Assembly: GCA_002633005.1 (NCBI GenBank)
Contig: NMRA01000033.1
Coordinates: 1,169,203-1,233,202, forward strand
Origin: Phoronis australis
Taxonomy: Eukaryota; Animalia; Phoronida
DNA: 64,000 nucleotides
Reading direction: 5' to 3'
Position numbers and translations under genes: made by a program. Below the pieces are notes generated by a model. That model had not been told where the DNA came from. It did not search any database and was given only the letters and a program-made list of their open reading frames with translations. Positions within the stretch are counted from its first letter, which is position 1. Each line of letters begins with the position of its first letter. Below are positions 51,101 to 64,000 of this stretch, in pieces.

Positions 51101-51679
51101 GACAATGTAGAACAATTTCTCAAAGCTGTAAGCTCAGTGCCAATCGTCGGCCATGCAACGTACTGGAATAGCAGACGAGGTCACTCAAGAAAGATGTCGC
51201 CCACAAAAATCAAATTGTGAAAGGACAGAAAAAATAGCGTGGCCGTATGTTCTCTAAAGGGGTCCATAGATTTAAGGATATGTTGGTCAATGGACCCAAT
51301 GTCTACATCGTAACCTACTACAAGATTGATGCACCTTCCTAGGAAACACACGATTAACCGCCACAGGACGTTTTACAATGACACGATCAAAATAAATAAA
51401 TCCAAGTGAGCGTTTTCGTTAGAATTTAGGCGGGCACTTACTGCAGTACGCAAGCCGGAATTTTTGTATTTGTATGCAACAAATTGCAGAAAATCACGTA
51501 GCCTTTTATATTATTTTTTGTGTAACTTTATTACAAGACTTGTCAGTATCTTTTGGTACAACGTTGGCAATTTTGTGTTCCAAATGGTCTGTAAAACTCC
51601 CCATCTATCGCGATCTTCGAGTAATGAAGTGCCAGTTGCCGTCTGTTCACTTATCATTTACAAACTATTGAAGTAATGA

Positions 51680-52243
51680 GAGAACCAATGATATCATTAG
51701 ACTAAGTACCGACAGTTAAACTCGCACTCTGATTGGTTGTTGGCACGTAGTTATTATCGTCTGCCAACAAAGCAGTGGGTCTGCAAAACATATTTATTGA
51801 AAAACTTCAAGCACGATTTTACACTGGCTGAGAAAGTTCTGAAGTCTCGTGTCTTAGGGGGAAAAAGCCTCTGGTTGTACCAGAATACTGGATGAAAACG
51901 TTAATTTATCTTCTTTACTTCTCGCGACGAATGCCGTTCAAGCGCGACTAAACGGCTTCAGGCTACTTCTTGGCGGTCTGGTTTTGTCGTTAAAAACAGT
52001 TTGTTGGGAAATTTGACCTGTCAAATCATAATTGTGTGTTGGCCTACTTGGTGAGAAGCTGGCTTTGCGGTTCGTGGTCTTTTGATAGAAATATTTTCCA
52101 GAATATTTTACTCTTGACATAATTTGCCAAACAGTTTAAGGTGGAGAGGCAGCAGGTCAAGAAAAATAGCTAAATGTATTGCTTATTTAAGAGGAACATT
52201 TAACTCCAATGAACGTACTGATGAAAATGAAGGACTACTAATT
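51680..52243 (+). promoter_or_regulatory. Candidate Lbx promoter and 5' UTR
   Basis: CCAAT at 51685, ATTGG at 51732 and TATA-like TATTTAA at 52184, upstream of the first in-frame ATG. Confidence 0.35.
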
Positions 52244-52853
52244 ATGCCGCCAGCAAAAGGCACAAAGATATCTTGCAGCAGTGAAAACTCCAGCGAGAGC
52301 CGTTCAACCGAGCATCGGACGAGCACGGACCACATATTAACCCCTAAAGTTGGACCATTGCCGGCAAATGGTGAGATGGCGTTACATAACATTGTTAGCG
52401 ATGAGACAGCTGAGGCCATAATCAGACCAGACATTCATATATGCGAATCAAAGAGCGGGGACCGTAAAACGTGCGAAGCGAGACAAAACAAGTCAAATCT
52501 TTTTTCAAAAGACTCTTACGAGCCAATACGGAAACTGGCAATGGTTAAGCTCCAGCCACCGCGAAATCCCAGCAAGCCTTTTACAAGTTTCAGTATAGCT
52601 GATATCCTGAGCGACAAGAGAAAGCCAACAAGACCAATACCTCTAGACCCGAGACATTTCCTGACCCGCGCGTGGGATTCTCACGTGGTCAGTCCAGAAT
52701 TGAGGAGATCCTACTCCGTGGCGGACTCAGACGAGGAAGATATCGTTGTGGATGATGACCCTCCTCCCAGAGTCTCACCTGTATCACCACTTGATGCACT
52801 ATTCAAGATGGCTAACAAGACATTCGAAGGACTAGACGATTGTGGACTAACAG
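52244..52853 (+). CDS. Lbx: Ladybird/Lbx homeobox transcription factor, coding exon 1
   Basis: eh1 motif in Lbx context (PPRNPSKPFTSFSIADIL) and Lbx-type SPLDALFKMANKTFEGL; phase-1 donor G|GTATGA at 52854. The start codon could be 52244, 52376 or 52541. Confidence 0.92.
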
Positions 52854-54086
52854 GTATGAGAATCGAAAATAGATAATTTAGATTATATTTTTCAGACAGT
52901 GCTATCGAAATGTACAATCTTAAACAGAATTTTTCCGGGTTATTTTTTTAGTACCTCATAAACGAATTTTCACAAACTACGACAAATCTTTCTAAATAAA
53001 GTTCTCCTGAACTGGTATAGAAAATAAACATTGATTTCATAACAGAATTTTTTTACTTTTTGCTGACATCTAAAAACTCGTCGACAATACCGAACGTGTG
53101 TAGTCTTCGTGGAGACGAACCGTCTAAAAAGGAAACTAAATTATACCTTTCAGTTTGAAGTTTACGAAAATGTTTCAAAATGACACTAAAATTCGGTGGA
53201 AGGAACTTGATCTATGTTCTTAATTACAAAATGAAAACCAGTGAGTAGCCTTAATTATGTTTATGAATATGTGAAATACGAAGAACACCTGTACATAGTA
53301 ATTCTTTTTTCCGATTTTTTTCTCCTAATTTAGTTTAAAATGTTGTAACGCTTAAAACATGACATTTGTTTCGTTTTCAGACCTTGTACACATTTTCAAA
53401 GCTTTCGCGATTCCGGATCGATAGACAAATATTCAATAGTTTACTCTGTTTTCCCTATAAAAAATAAATGTTCAGCAACTGACAATAGATTTGTTTATGA
53501 TTGTTCACGCACATCGATAACGCAAAGTTATGACAATATAGAATTCGACTTCCTAAATCTGGGAGCCAAAAAATGTCTATTACATGTATGTATTAACAGC
53601 TTTTTGTTAAATCCAAAAAAGTTTTGTTTGTATCAGTGAGTTTTGGTAGAACATTATAGAAGCAACTGTTATTGTATATTCATCCTAAACTCTGATTAAA
53701 TTTATCATCGAGTTAAATGTCGTTAATTGGTTAAGAGTTTATTGCGATAAGACTACTCGCAGGCAGGATTGCGTAACAGTGGAATCGCTCGTCATCTTTG
53801 TTCAATGGAATACATTTTGGAAAATAGTTTTTCGTCCCTTCAATTATTACATTATCAGTTTTATGACCAAAAAATAAAACATGTTTTGGGTATTTTTGTC
53901 GGATGGGATAGACGTCTTTAGTTATTAGCTTCAGTAACCAGAGCTCTAGAGCAACAAAATCCGTGTGTTTTTCTGGCTATGATTACAGATCGACAATTCT
54001 TGTCGTTGGCTGCCTGGCATTCGCTGAAATCGAGTCTGGTGATTTTACCAGTTAAATAACTAAAAATACTGTGCCATTTGACGAGT

Positions 54087-54140
54087 GGGATTTAGCTCCG
54101 CCAGCAGAGCGTCTGAGAGTGCCTGGTTCGAATCCGCACT
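54087..54140 (+). other. Degenerate tRNA-derived (SINE-like) head in the Lbx intron
   Basis: GGGATTTAGCTC...AGAGC (A-box-like) and GGTTCGAATCC (B-box) with a shortened anticodon arm. Confidence 0.5.
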
Positions 54141-57100
54141 TGGGCTGGCCTCAGAAAATCATGATTCTTCACGCCGACAGTGTCGGTGAGTGTCCAGCTC
54201 AGCAACAAAAGCTGCTGAAACTTCCGTACACAGGGACCAATCTGAACTCGTACTATTATTACCCCATCCAGTATTAGGGAGCTTATTCCTGATGAACCTC
54301 TTTTTTATTTTACCACCTTTTTGAAAAGCCAGATTGGTTAAATGTGTCAAATCACCAAAAGAACTGTTGCATTAGGCAACAACTGACGTCAGTCGAAGCA
54401 CCTTTCAATAGCTTCAAAACTAATTATTGCTCTCAAAGGTAACGAAACCTCATAAGGTGAAGTGCGGGCATGTTCTCCCCTGTTTCAATTAGTCTACTAA
54501 CTAAGTCCCAGAAAACAAAAGATTTGTCCTTAACAGGTTAATTACTCTAGTAAATGATGCCTCAAACTCAAATTAACCCGACCTCACCTGGCTTATCACG
54601 AGTCGCTAATTGGTCCCTAGCTTCGTGTAGGAATAGCGCGGTCTAAAACATATCACGGGAATCGTAAAATTAATACTTTTACTGTTTGCTCGAGCTGGGT
54701 TGGATAACAAATAGTCTTCGAGTTAGATAAAAATCGTGATCCTAAGGGAACGCAGTGGTATTCCTTGATACATTAAACACAAAAGCCAGAAACTCGATAA
54801 TTACTTGTTCGGCAGACCGTTTGTTACCGCGGACTTTAAAGGCTGGTACGAGTTCGATTTTTGTTTTGACATAAAGGCAAGTTACAGAACATTTACACAA
54901 TCATACTGTTTCAGTAAATTTGTATCTTCACTGCTTTTCCATGAGGGACCTCGAAACATTCACTTCAAATTTTTCGTGCAAGGAATGCAGAATATAACGT
55001 CTTAGTTTGAAACATTTGGCTATGATGAATTTTATTACATGGCCCTCTGGGCCACCCCCATCTTGAGGTATGACCAAAGACAGCACCGCCGCCACGCCAT
55101 TGTAGTGCTTACGCATTTTTTTTACTTCAAAATTTGTGATGGAGTGCTCCCTCCCCCTCCCCCTCCCCCCGCCCCCCGTTACGACTCCTTAGATCTGCTA
55201 GTGAACGTTTTGAAAATGGTGAGCACAAAGGAAACAGTAGCCCCCATGGGATTAATTTTGGTAAAATCATCTTGACCTTAACTGATGTTAAACAGCATTC
55301 CTCTAGCCTAATTGATAATTCCGCAAATGTTCTGAAATGTCATTTGCCTGGATGGTTAAAGGAAATGAAAGACATCCCTCTGTTGGCATTATCAACACCA
55401 TCGAACAAGACTGGTTGAAAAGGACATCACCTCTTTTACGCCAGTTAAGTATCAATCATGCGGAACGCTTTGCGCATATTGTCCACACTGTTCAAAGAAT
55501 TAGCTTAAAATCAAGTTGTCAAATTTTGATTGAAATAAGACAGTCCGTTAACGAACTAGTAGACGGTTTAATTAACGGGGCTCATTAACAGCCGCTCTCA
55601 GATGTGTTGATATTTTACACTAAGATTAATACGCGCAAGTGCTGCCTGAAGTTTACTTGTTAAGCAGTTTTGTCGAGCGTAGCGGGAGAGTGTCACTTGG
55701 CGAAATAATGTGTACTATTAAAAGGTGTGGTGGCATATTTTTAATTTACTCTAAAGCCGAAGAAACACTAGATTCTGGTCTGTGTCCGACACTTTTTAAG
55801 GCTGCAAAAAGCACACGCCCGCACGATTTTTTCCAAACATTTTATCTTCCTTTTAAAATGTCTCATAAATAATAAACACATGTAATGTTGAGGCTTGTCT
55901 TGTCTCAAGTCAACTTTAATCACTGCTCCCCACCTCCATCCTCCTGTCCGACCCCCACCCCTGCCCCCAACCCCCAGGCGTCAGTTCAGCCAGGTGTATG
56001 ACATAAAGCTTCAATTTTCGATGACCAAGCTGCCATAGTAGTAGGTTACTATGGACAACAGAAGTTGAATTTCGCTAGTGGTTCTGTGCTGAGGGATATG
56101 GACGAATATGTTAATTTGTCGAACAAGAGCTCCAGCGATGTAAATGTATCCTTTGGAGTGACGCTAGACTTTAAGATAACCTTTTCAGACACCGGGACGA
56201 ATGTAATTATACAACTTGCGCTCCCAAATTACAGCACGTGCATCAGAGCAGACAAGCCCTTTAATCGGTACATTCTATCAATAGTCTTCATATAATTAGA
56301 ACAGAACTGTTTTGAAAACTAATGTGGAGCTGAATACTAATAACAAATAAGCGTAATCATTCAGCTGTTATGTTTAAAATGCTTTAATGATCAGGAGAGC
56401 TGCAACATATGTTTTAGTGATTACATAAAGACGGTGTTCTCCGATTGGAGTGGTAAAGGCTTTCAGAATCGTAAAGGCAGATTAAACGTAATAGATGTCA
56501 AAACGTAGCATCGACTCGATAGATCATGTTAAAAGTAGGCGCCCGGAGCCGGCTAAATTGGACATAAAACCTGAAGAAGACAGAGTTTTCTTTCTTCGTA
56601 ATCACTAGCGAAACGAAAGCTCGTTAAATTGCTACTTTTAGCGAAGAATGGCCTGTTTAGATAAAGGAAACATTTGACACTGAAGTATTTCAGGTGTGCA
56701 TTTGTTGATGTGTTTCCTATCACATTTAGTTTTGTACATTCACAAATTCGACTGTCTAAAACTGAATTAAGGATGCTCTTACCGCTTCATTTCACTTAAC
56801 TTTCATGTACTACGCGTACTTTAATGCTAAACAGTTTAGTCGAAACGTTTTACTAAATGATTCTCACTATATCAAATTTATTTTAAATTAACGGAATTAT
56901 TTAGATGAGTTTCCTTAATATCTGGAAGTGTGCCAATAAAATGGCCGCCGGCTAGATGACACAGATCTTCATTCCTATCAACTCATAGTAACAAATGAAC
57001 ATTGCAATCATTTTTCAGACGTTCATACATTTGTGATATCTTGTGATTGATGACATTTATATATTCTGTGATATGGTGAAAACTGAAAACTATGGAGAAA

Positions 57101-57832
57101 AGTATCGAAAGTGTCTGGGAAGCTGACCGTTGAACACGCATCTACTAGATCAAGTCACGTGATTTATTTCCCATACTCGTAGCGCCAGTTTTGCCGTTGT
57201 TCCACGAGTCAACAAAGCTCTTGATTCCGCAACTTTAGTATTCATGCGAAAAATGTTCAAGCTTCAGGAAATTCCGTAAAAAAATCCGCAAACACGACTT
57301 CCTTCAACGGCCACTTAGTTCTCGTTCACGTTGCTCGTGGTGTGACGCCAACACATCGAATGCTGCCTGTTGCACGTGAAAATCATGCGTCTTCATTCTA
57401 TTACCTGCCTATATGTAATTTATGTTAATTGTATTTACGGCGTCATACTTTGTTACTGCATCCAAGGACGTCGGGAGAAAAGTCGACGGTCTGAACGAAC
57501 AACCATGGAAAACGACGTAAATGTCAATTAAATAAAATTTCGCTTTTTAATATCAATACACCGTTTCTATCCCCACAGGTATAAGTATGCGTACAGTGTA
57601 CATACGTTGTTTTGGTTGTCACGTTACTGCAGTTTGATCGCATTGTTTAAAGTAGTAATCGTTTTTTAACATATTGGACATAAATTATCCTAATCACCAG
57701 CCATTTAATGGAGATTTATGACAAAACGCACTTCAATTAATTTAATTAGCGGTTTTGTTAATGATTGATACTGGGCCTTAATCTGTTCTCAAACAAGTGC
57801 TACTAAAATAGGCTGTCGCATAAGCAGAAGGT

Positions 57833-57836
<4 letters not shown>

Positions 57837-57868
<32 letters not shown>
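57837..57868. repeat. (AT)n microsatellite
   Basis: Directly visible. Confidence 0.97.
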
Positions 57869-57871
<3 letters not shown>

Positions 57872-58089
57872 AGGGGTGAGGAAATCTGAGGGTGGAAAAC
57901 AGGATGATGGAGAAGTCATTTAATGCTAGTTGACGTTTTCAGTGCAAAATATTATCTATTGTAATTGATGACACTGAGAACTCGACAAACGTGTTTTGCC
58001 GTAATTAACTTATGAGATAATTGGGAAATGATGTTGTTGGCTATGACATATAAGAATGTAGATTTGAGGCATAATTCAGTACGAGCTAA

Positions 58090-58795
58090 CGATTGTGATG
58101 ACGACGTTAATGATGGTCGAGGCGATGATATTGACGACTGTCACTGTCTTGACCGTCATGATATCGATCGTGGTACTTATGAATACGGTGGCGAAGGCGA
58201 AGGTGGTGACGATAATGACGAAGATAACAGAAACGATGACGACGAAGGTGATGGTGGTGGTTGTGGAGGCGGAGGAGGTGGTGATGGTGGTGGCGGGGTG
58301 GTGATGGTGGTGGTAGGGTGGTGATGATTATGGTGACGATGACGCTAATGATGATGGTAGTGGTGATGATATTGGCTGTAATGCTCTCCATGATGATTGG
58401 GTAGTTGATGATGGTGTTGATGTTGTTGTTGTTGTTGGTGGTGGAAATGGTGTTAATGATGGTATTGGTGGTGATGGTGTCGATGATGTTTATAGTGATG
58501 ATGATAGTGGTGTTGATGGTGATGATTTTGGTGATGGTGATTGTGATGGTGGTGGTGGTGATGATGATGGTGGTGGTGATGATGGCGGTGGTGGTGGTGG
58601 TGGTGATGGTGATGGTGGTGGTGGTGATGGTGATGGTGGTGGTGGTGATAGTTGTGGTGATGATGATCATGACGATGGTAATGATGGTGGTGGTGGTGTG
58701 ATGGTGGTGATTGTGATTCTGGTAATGGTGATTATGGTGATGACCACGATGACGACGATGATAATGATGAGGATAATGATGATGGTAATGATTTC
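58090..58795. repeat. Long degenerate (GGT/GAT)n trinucleotide tract in the Lbx intron
   Basis: Directly visible; source of the poly-V/M/H/T/I ORFs. Confidence 0.95.
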
Positions 58796-60295
58796 GAATA
58801 TATGATGGCAATTGAGACAGGGGAAATCAGAACCATGATACACAATCTTAAACATGCTGTTGTTGTTTAAAAAACAAAGATCAACTAAAAGTCTAGGTCT
58901 ATACTATACAGTCACGCTTCACTAACCTTTAATAGTGCCTGTGTTTGGAAGCTAGTCAGAGAGCAATAATTTTGAGTCATAAAATAACCATAAAATGTAC
59001 AACAAGCCCCGATTTGACAAGGCTCTTGTGCTATCAGAGCTGTTCCGAAGTTAGAAAGATAACGTACTTAAGTATTATTTTTTGCTGAGGATGAAAACTA
59101 CAGTTTTGATTTTTTATTAATTTAAACACCTTAGCCAGAAACTTCTTAACAAAACACTATTGTTCGTGATGTTGAAACTGTTGTTGTATTCTAAAACATA
59201 ACAAATTAAAACTTTTTAGCATGGTACCAGTTTTACATGCTTCTTTCTGGGTCACTGCAATGGCCTCTCTGATCTAGCGGTACCCATAATACTGTGCGGT
59301 GTCCGTGGGACACTGTTGCCGCCCTTATCTCTATTTAGACTAGTACTAGCAAAGATCAGACGGCTTCGATCTATTCTAGATGACAATTGGAAATAAAGTG
59401 ACGTTGAGTAGCCTAGCAACCAAGGCCGGCCCTCCCATCAGGGGCACACATTGGTCCCTGATCCCAATAATAGTCTATTACTGTTAATTCCACGCTCATG
59501 TTCGACCGGTATCAGCAAAGTACACCTTTATAAGCTCACACTCCGCGTGTACTGAACTTGTGTGAGTTCTTAGTAAATACGCAGCATGAAGGCAAAAGTT
59601 ATCCAACAGAGTGTACACTTGTTCTTGTATTATACATGTACTGAGGCGTAAATTACTTACAGGTGTATAACGAGTCATTATGTACGGACAAAGAACAAAC
59701 AAAGTGTTTTTTTATTTGTTGTCTACAGCTTTTTAAATGGGAGCGTAATGGCACCTCTCCAGCTAGTCACTAAATATGACTTCTCATAAGAAATTGGGCT
59801 AGCACAAATTATGTTTTTGTTGCAAAGTCATAATGCAGACTTAAGAATGAGAAGCTGAGCGAGGTACCACGAAACGTTTTTCACTTAGCTTTTCTCTCTG
59901 GAGCGTGTTAGCTGCCTTATGTTTCGGAACATGGTCGATTTTTATTGCTACACAAATAAATGACAATACATTAAATGCCAATATTTAGCCCCTAAAGTGA
60001 ACCATTATATCCTGGCTTTTAACTATAAAACAATTACTTACTTAAGCAAAACATAATATTGAGCAAAAATATAAAAAGTAAAAAACTTAGTCGATTTCGG
60101 CAGCGTGAAAATTCAATGGTTATTTCTGCGGTAACTTTGGATGGTGAGAAGTACGTTGAGTAGGCAGTTTTGAGGGCATCCTATTGTTGTGTTTGTGTAC
60201 CAGCGCTTGATATTGTCGTGTTTGTGTACCAGTGCTTGATTTGACAACAATGGTGTAATTTAATGTAAGAAATATTACCTTGTTTTTATTTCTAG

Positions 60296-60642
60296 GTAGA
60301 ACAAAAGATCGCGAAGCAATCCAAAAAGGAACTGTGATAAAGAAAAGAAGAAAGTCGCGAACTGCTTTTTCGAATCAGCAAATTTACGAGCTTGAAAAAC
60401 GATTTCTCTACCAGAAATACCTCACACCAGCTGATAGAGACGATATCGCGCAGAGTCTTGGTCTGAGCAATGCGCAAGTGATCACGTGGTTTCAAAACAG
60501 GCGCGCAAAATTAAAACGAGACTTGGAAGAACTTAAAGCAGACGTTACCGCCGCTCGCGTGATTGGCGGAGAAAACGTGTCGTCGATTATGTTGGAGAAA
60601 GGTGTTGAAGTTGGACTGACGAAAATCGGCGGAGTGTTGTGA
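60296..60642 (+). CDS. Lbx: Ladybird/Lbx, coding exon 2 (homeodomain); joined CDS is 318 aa from ATG 52244
   Basis: KRRKSRTAFSNQQIYELEKRFLYQKYLTPADRDDIAQSLGLSNAQVITWFQNRRAKLKRDLEELKADV, with Lbx-type VITWF and C-terminal coiled coil; TTTCTAG acceptor ending 60295, phase 1 matching exon 1. Confidence 0.97.
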
Positions 60643-62525
60643 AACAGACCTATCTTGTTTTAATATTTTAATACTTTTTCGTGGCACTCATTTACAAGAT
60701 AACCTGTTTTCAAACAGTGTTCTACTTTGGGCCAACGATGACATCATGACTTTCTCGAGATCCCGAGATAATTAAAAAACATAGGCGCGATGTCATCTTT
60801 GGGCCACCAAGGTGTTCGCTATTTGCGTTCTTCAAATGAATTACTTGGATGCTCTGGCATTCTCAAGATTCATTCAATGAAACTCAAGGAAAAGGACGCC
60901 ATGACACCTTCACATGGCAGGAAAATCTGTTAGCATTCTCGTGAGCCTGTACCTGTGCCTCCAGTGACAGAGCGAAAAATTATAAATCTGGTATTTAACA
61001 CAATCAAAACGAAGACATATTTAGCGAGGACGTTACTTCCCTAAGCGCAAATACGCTAGAAAATTTTCTTATCAGGTGACTGGACGTATATGTGACGTTA
61101 TTATGTGTCCTTCCGCAGAACGCTGATGGTCAATTCCGTCTAAGCCGTGTTGGCAGTGGCAGACCTACGGCAATTTAATCGAGTGGGTGATTGCTGTTGG
61201 GACCGTTTGTCTTTTCGAAATTGTTGTGTTCGTAAACTACGGGTCATTTTTAAGCCCACTGACTAACGATATTTCACACAATGATTAAGTAACTCGAGAC
61301 TGCGTGTGTACTGTCTCACGAGTAGTGCGATTGTAATTGAGAAGACGCATGTACTTCAAAATCGAGTCTTTATTTGTTGTGATGTTTGTGAAAAGAAATA
61401 ATCCAGGTTGTGAAACATGGCTTTTTATTTTTCATGGTTGAATCATTTCACATTCATGTCCTTAGCTTGAAGTTGCAGAGCGCGCTAATTCTGGATTAAA
61501 TGAAACGTGATTGAGTGTGTTGCTATTGCAGGAACCGGTCCAGTAAATTTGGATTTAAAATGCCTCGATATTTTGGATTTTGTGGAGCAGTGTCTTTTCC
61601 AGTGGTCCCCATGCCGTATTTTATATGCCGATTTTGAAACCAAACGTCATTTTCAATAAAATGCTACTATAACCTGAAATGTTTTTAACTTTCTGCTTGA
61701 AAATGTTTTATTTGAAACTTAAGTCCAGACTCCTATTTTCGCAAAGGAAAGTAAATTTCGAAGGATAGTCAAAACTGTTCAATGTGAGAATCACATAGAT
61801 AATAATGTCATAACCGTTTTCGTTTGACATTTTTAGCGTTACTACAAGTAAGTGACTCAAACGACGGGCAATAGGGGATCAATGCATGACAATTATTCCG
61901 TCTAAAAGTGTCCCTGTCACTCCGCTCTGCACGTACACCGACAATATATGCACAACCGTCTGTTGAGGGAATCCAATTGACATGCTTAAAAACTAATAAA
62001 TTTTATAGTTAATAAGCATGGCACACTGCAACTTTTGAGGCCAAATAATATTTGACTATAATCACTTGAATTTTAATTTCTAATTTGAAACGTTTGAAAT
62101 CTTAGGATGTGTGGAGAAAATCCAACCTCTTCGTTCACAAAGGGCCCATTAGCTGTGTATTCTTTTTGAGAGTACAGGTAACAACTGAATTTGGTAGCCT
62201 GCACTCTACAATCTATTACCCATTGCGTGTTATCTCTGCTTACAACAATTTTGGCCAAAGACTTGTTTTTGCCTGGTCTTTACCATGAATCAAATGAGAA
62301 TGTTGGCATCTTTTGACAAAGTACCCAGATGAATACAGAACAAGTCATTAAAACTCCATTCCGTCCGTCGTGTTTAGCTTCTAACAAAGAGAATCAAAAC
62401 AACGCCACTGATTCGTGAAAAATTGGTCTCGAGTGTGCCTACTCTATCGATGCCACTGAGAATATCATGAAACTTTTTGCCAAAACTTCTTAAAACCTTA
62501 CTAACTTAAGATCAAAATGGTCTTA

Positions 62526-63124
62526 GTCCTGTTTCATGAATTTCTTAATACCAAAATCAAGACCGAAATCAGCCGCTAAAACCGAAAGTTTACCAGCTAC
62601 AGAATAGACTTAAGATTGGACTTTTGATCAAAAATGACCAAAGTTTAGGACTATTACCACTGTAAACTGGTGAGGAACAAATTTTGTTGATATTTGTCAC
62701 AATGTAATGTCCTAACCAATGTCAAATTGAAGATCGTCTGAGTTTTCCATACAAGTGAAATGATATTTCCAGTCAAACCAGGGTGTTCTCACGCAAACTA
62801 CATCCCAGTCAATTGTTACCAAAATGTAAATAAATCCCCATTAAGAGTTCCAAGACCAAGAAAATTCCACACATCGCCTCACTTAGCCTTGTGAATTCGC
62901 AACAGGTGGCGAAAGCGTAGTTTGTATGCTCAGCTAACATGTATTTCAAAAAGTGACTTAATTTCTGTCTAAGTTAAAACCAAATACCAAACCCCGATTT
63001 TGTGTTCAAGAAACGATCTTTTATGATCAATGTTTATCTTCGGTCTTAACTTAGCCCGAATTTTGGTCTTAATTTAGACAAGTTTTTGGTCTTAAGTCTG
63101 AAAGCCGTTTTCATGAAATGGGAC
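62526..63124. mobile_element. Harbinger-like MITE
   Basis: TIRs GTCCTGTTTCATGAA / TTCATGAAATGGGAC, with subterminal AAGACC / GGTCTT repeats. Confidence 0.65.
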
Positions 63125-64000
63125 GCAGGTGTCGTTGCGTCTAAAAAGCGTTTGGCAAAAAAATTATAAGATTTGTTCTAAAACTTGAAGATTTCAATTC
63201 AGTTGCGTCGGTTTCAAAAAAAAAAATCAACTGCTGCATTTGTGCCTGAGTCTTATTTTAAATTGATAGGTATAAATGAGAAATGATTCTATGCTGAAGC
63301 TGCATACTGTGGTCGGTGATAACTGGACAGAATTATACAGTGGATCTCAGACAATACTTCAACTGTTGTTTGGACATTTTTCATATAAGTTTCGATTTTC
63401 TTACATGATTTGTTCTTTTCGCTTTTATTTCCGCAAAAATTTGCGAGGCCAGTGGCCCTCGACTTCCCTTGTCACCGGTTGTTGAGCCACATGACCTTGC
63501 AGATACCTCCTTACTTGCTGTACATGTACATCAATCAAAATGTTGCATTTGCGCTAACTTTGAAAGAAAGGTTTGTGGGAGTAAAGAGGTAAGGCATGTT
63601 TAAAGAGCAATGAAGCAACTTAAAGTAAGACTGGACAAAAATTAGCAGGTGCCAAAATTGAATGCTGCCTTTTTACGTCAGTTTAGCCAGGCTTATCTGC
63701 CTCACTGAATTCGACACTTCCTTATGAAGCAAGTACCTTGCAACAAAGAAATGCCACACAGTGAACTAAAACGTTCGTTCAACAACTCACTCCGACATGT
63801 TGACAAACATAGCGCATGTTGAGACTACTTCAAGCGACACCTATGGAACACGTAAACACTGAAATACTTAAATAGAAAGCCTTTGACAACAGATCATCTG
63901 TTGCTTATCATTCATACATGTAACATATCAAAATTACTGTCATATTTAACTCAAATATGTTTGTGTTTTGTCTTATAGGGATAAAGTATATCTATTTACC

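Noticed and set aside
58028-58855. His/Thr/Ile-rich and Val/Met-rich ORFs
   Set aside because: Translations of a (GGT/GAT)n tract in the Lbx intron; Lbx exons 1 and 2 already join in phase.
59405-59475. Possible HDV-like ribozyme beginning GGCCGGC
   Set aside because: No P1 complement or P3/L3 motif; only a simple ATCAGGG / CCCTGAT hairpin.

Overview
AT-rich animal genomic DNA with spliceosomal introns, most likely a marine bilaterian invertebrate (inferred from gene content and repeat landscape; species not determinable). No prokaryotic systems or CRISPR arrays are present. Recognisable genes: (1) the 5' end of ATP-citrate lyase (ACLY, minus strand, two coding exons at 2093-2242 and 1645-1767, missed by the ORF track; the gene runs off the left edge); (2) a complete three-exon SLC52A-family (riboflavin transporter-like) gene, 11272-16539; (3) a complete two-exon ladybird/Lbx homeobox gene, 52244-60642, preceded by ~27 kb with no gene I can recognise. 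Two convergent orphan single-coding-exon ORFs lie between SLC52A and that gap. One (18581-19465) appears to encode only the N-lobe of a protein kinase fold. The other (24036-24995) is basic and probably disordered. The rest is non-autonomous DNA transposons (Harbinger-, Kolobok-, hAT- and Helentron-like), tRNA-derived sequences, and mini/microsatellites. Best leads: the half-kinase orphan, an array of CTCF-like motifs inside a Helentron-like element, a divergent SLC52A pocket, excess TACATGTA, a co-varying mini-hairpin array, and candidate Hox/Pbx/Meis enhancers of Lbx. All homology calls come from recalled family motifs; no searches were run.
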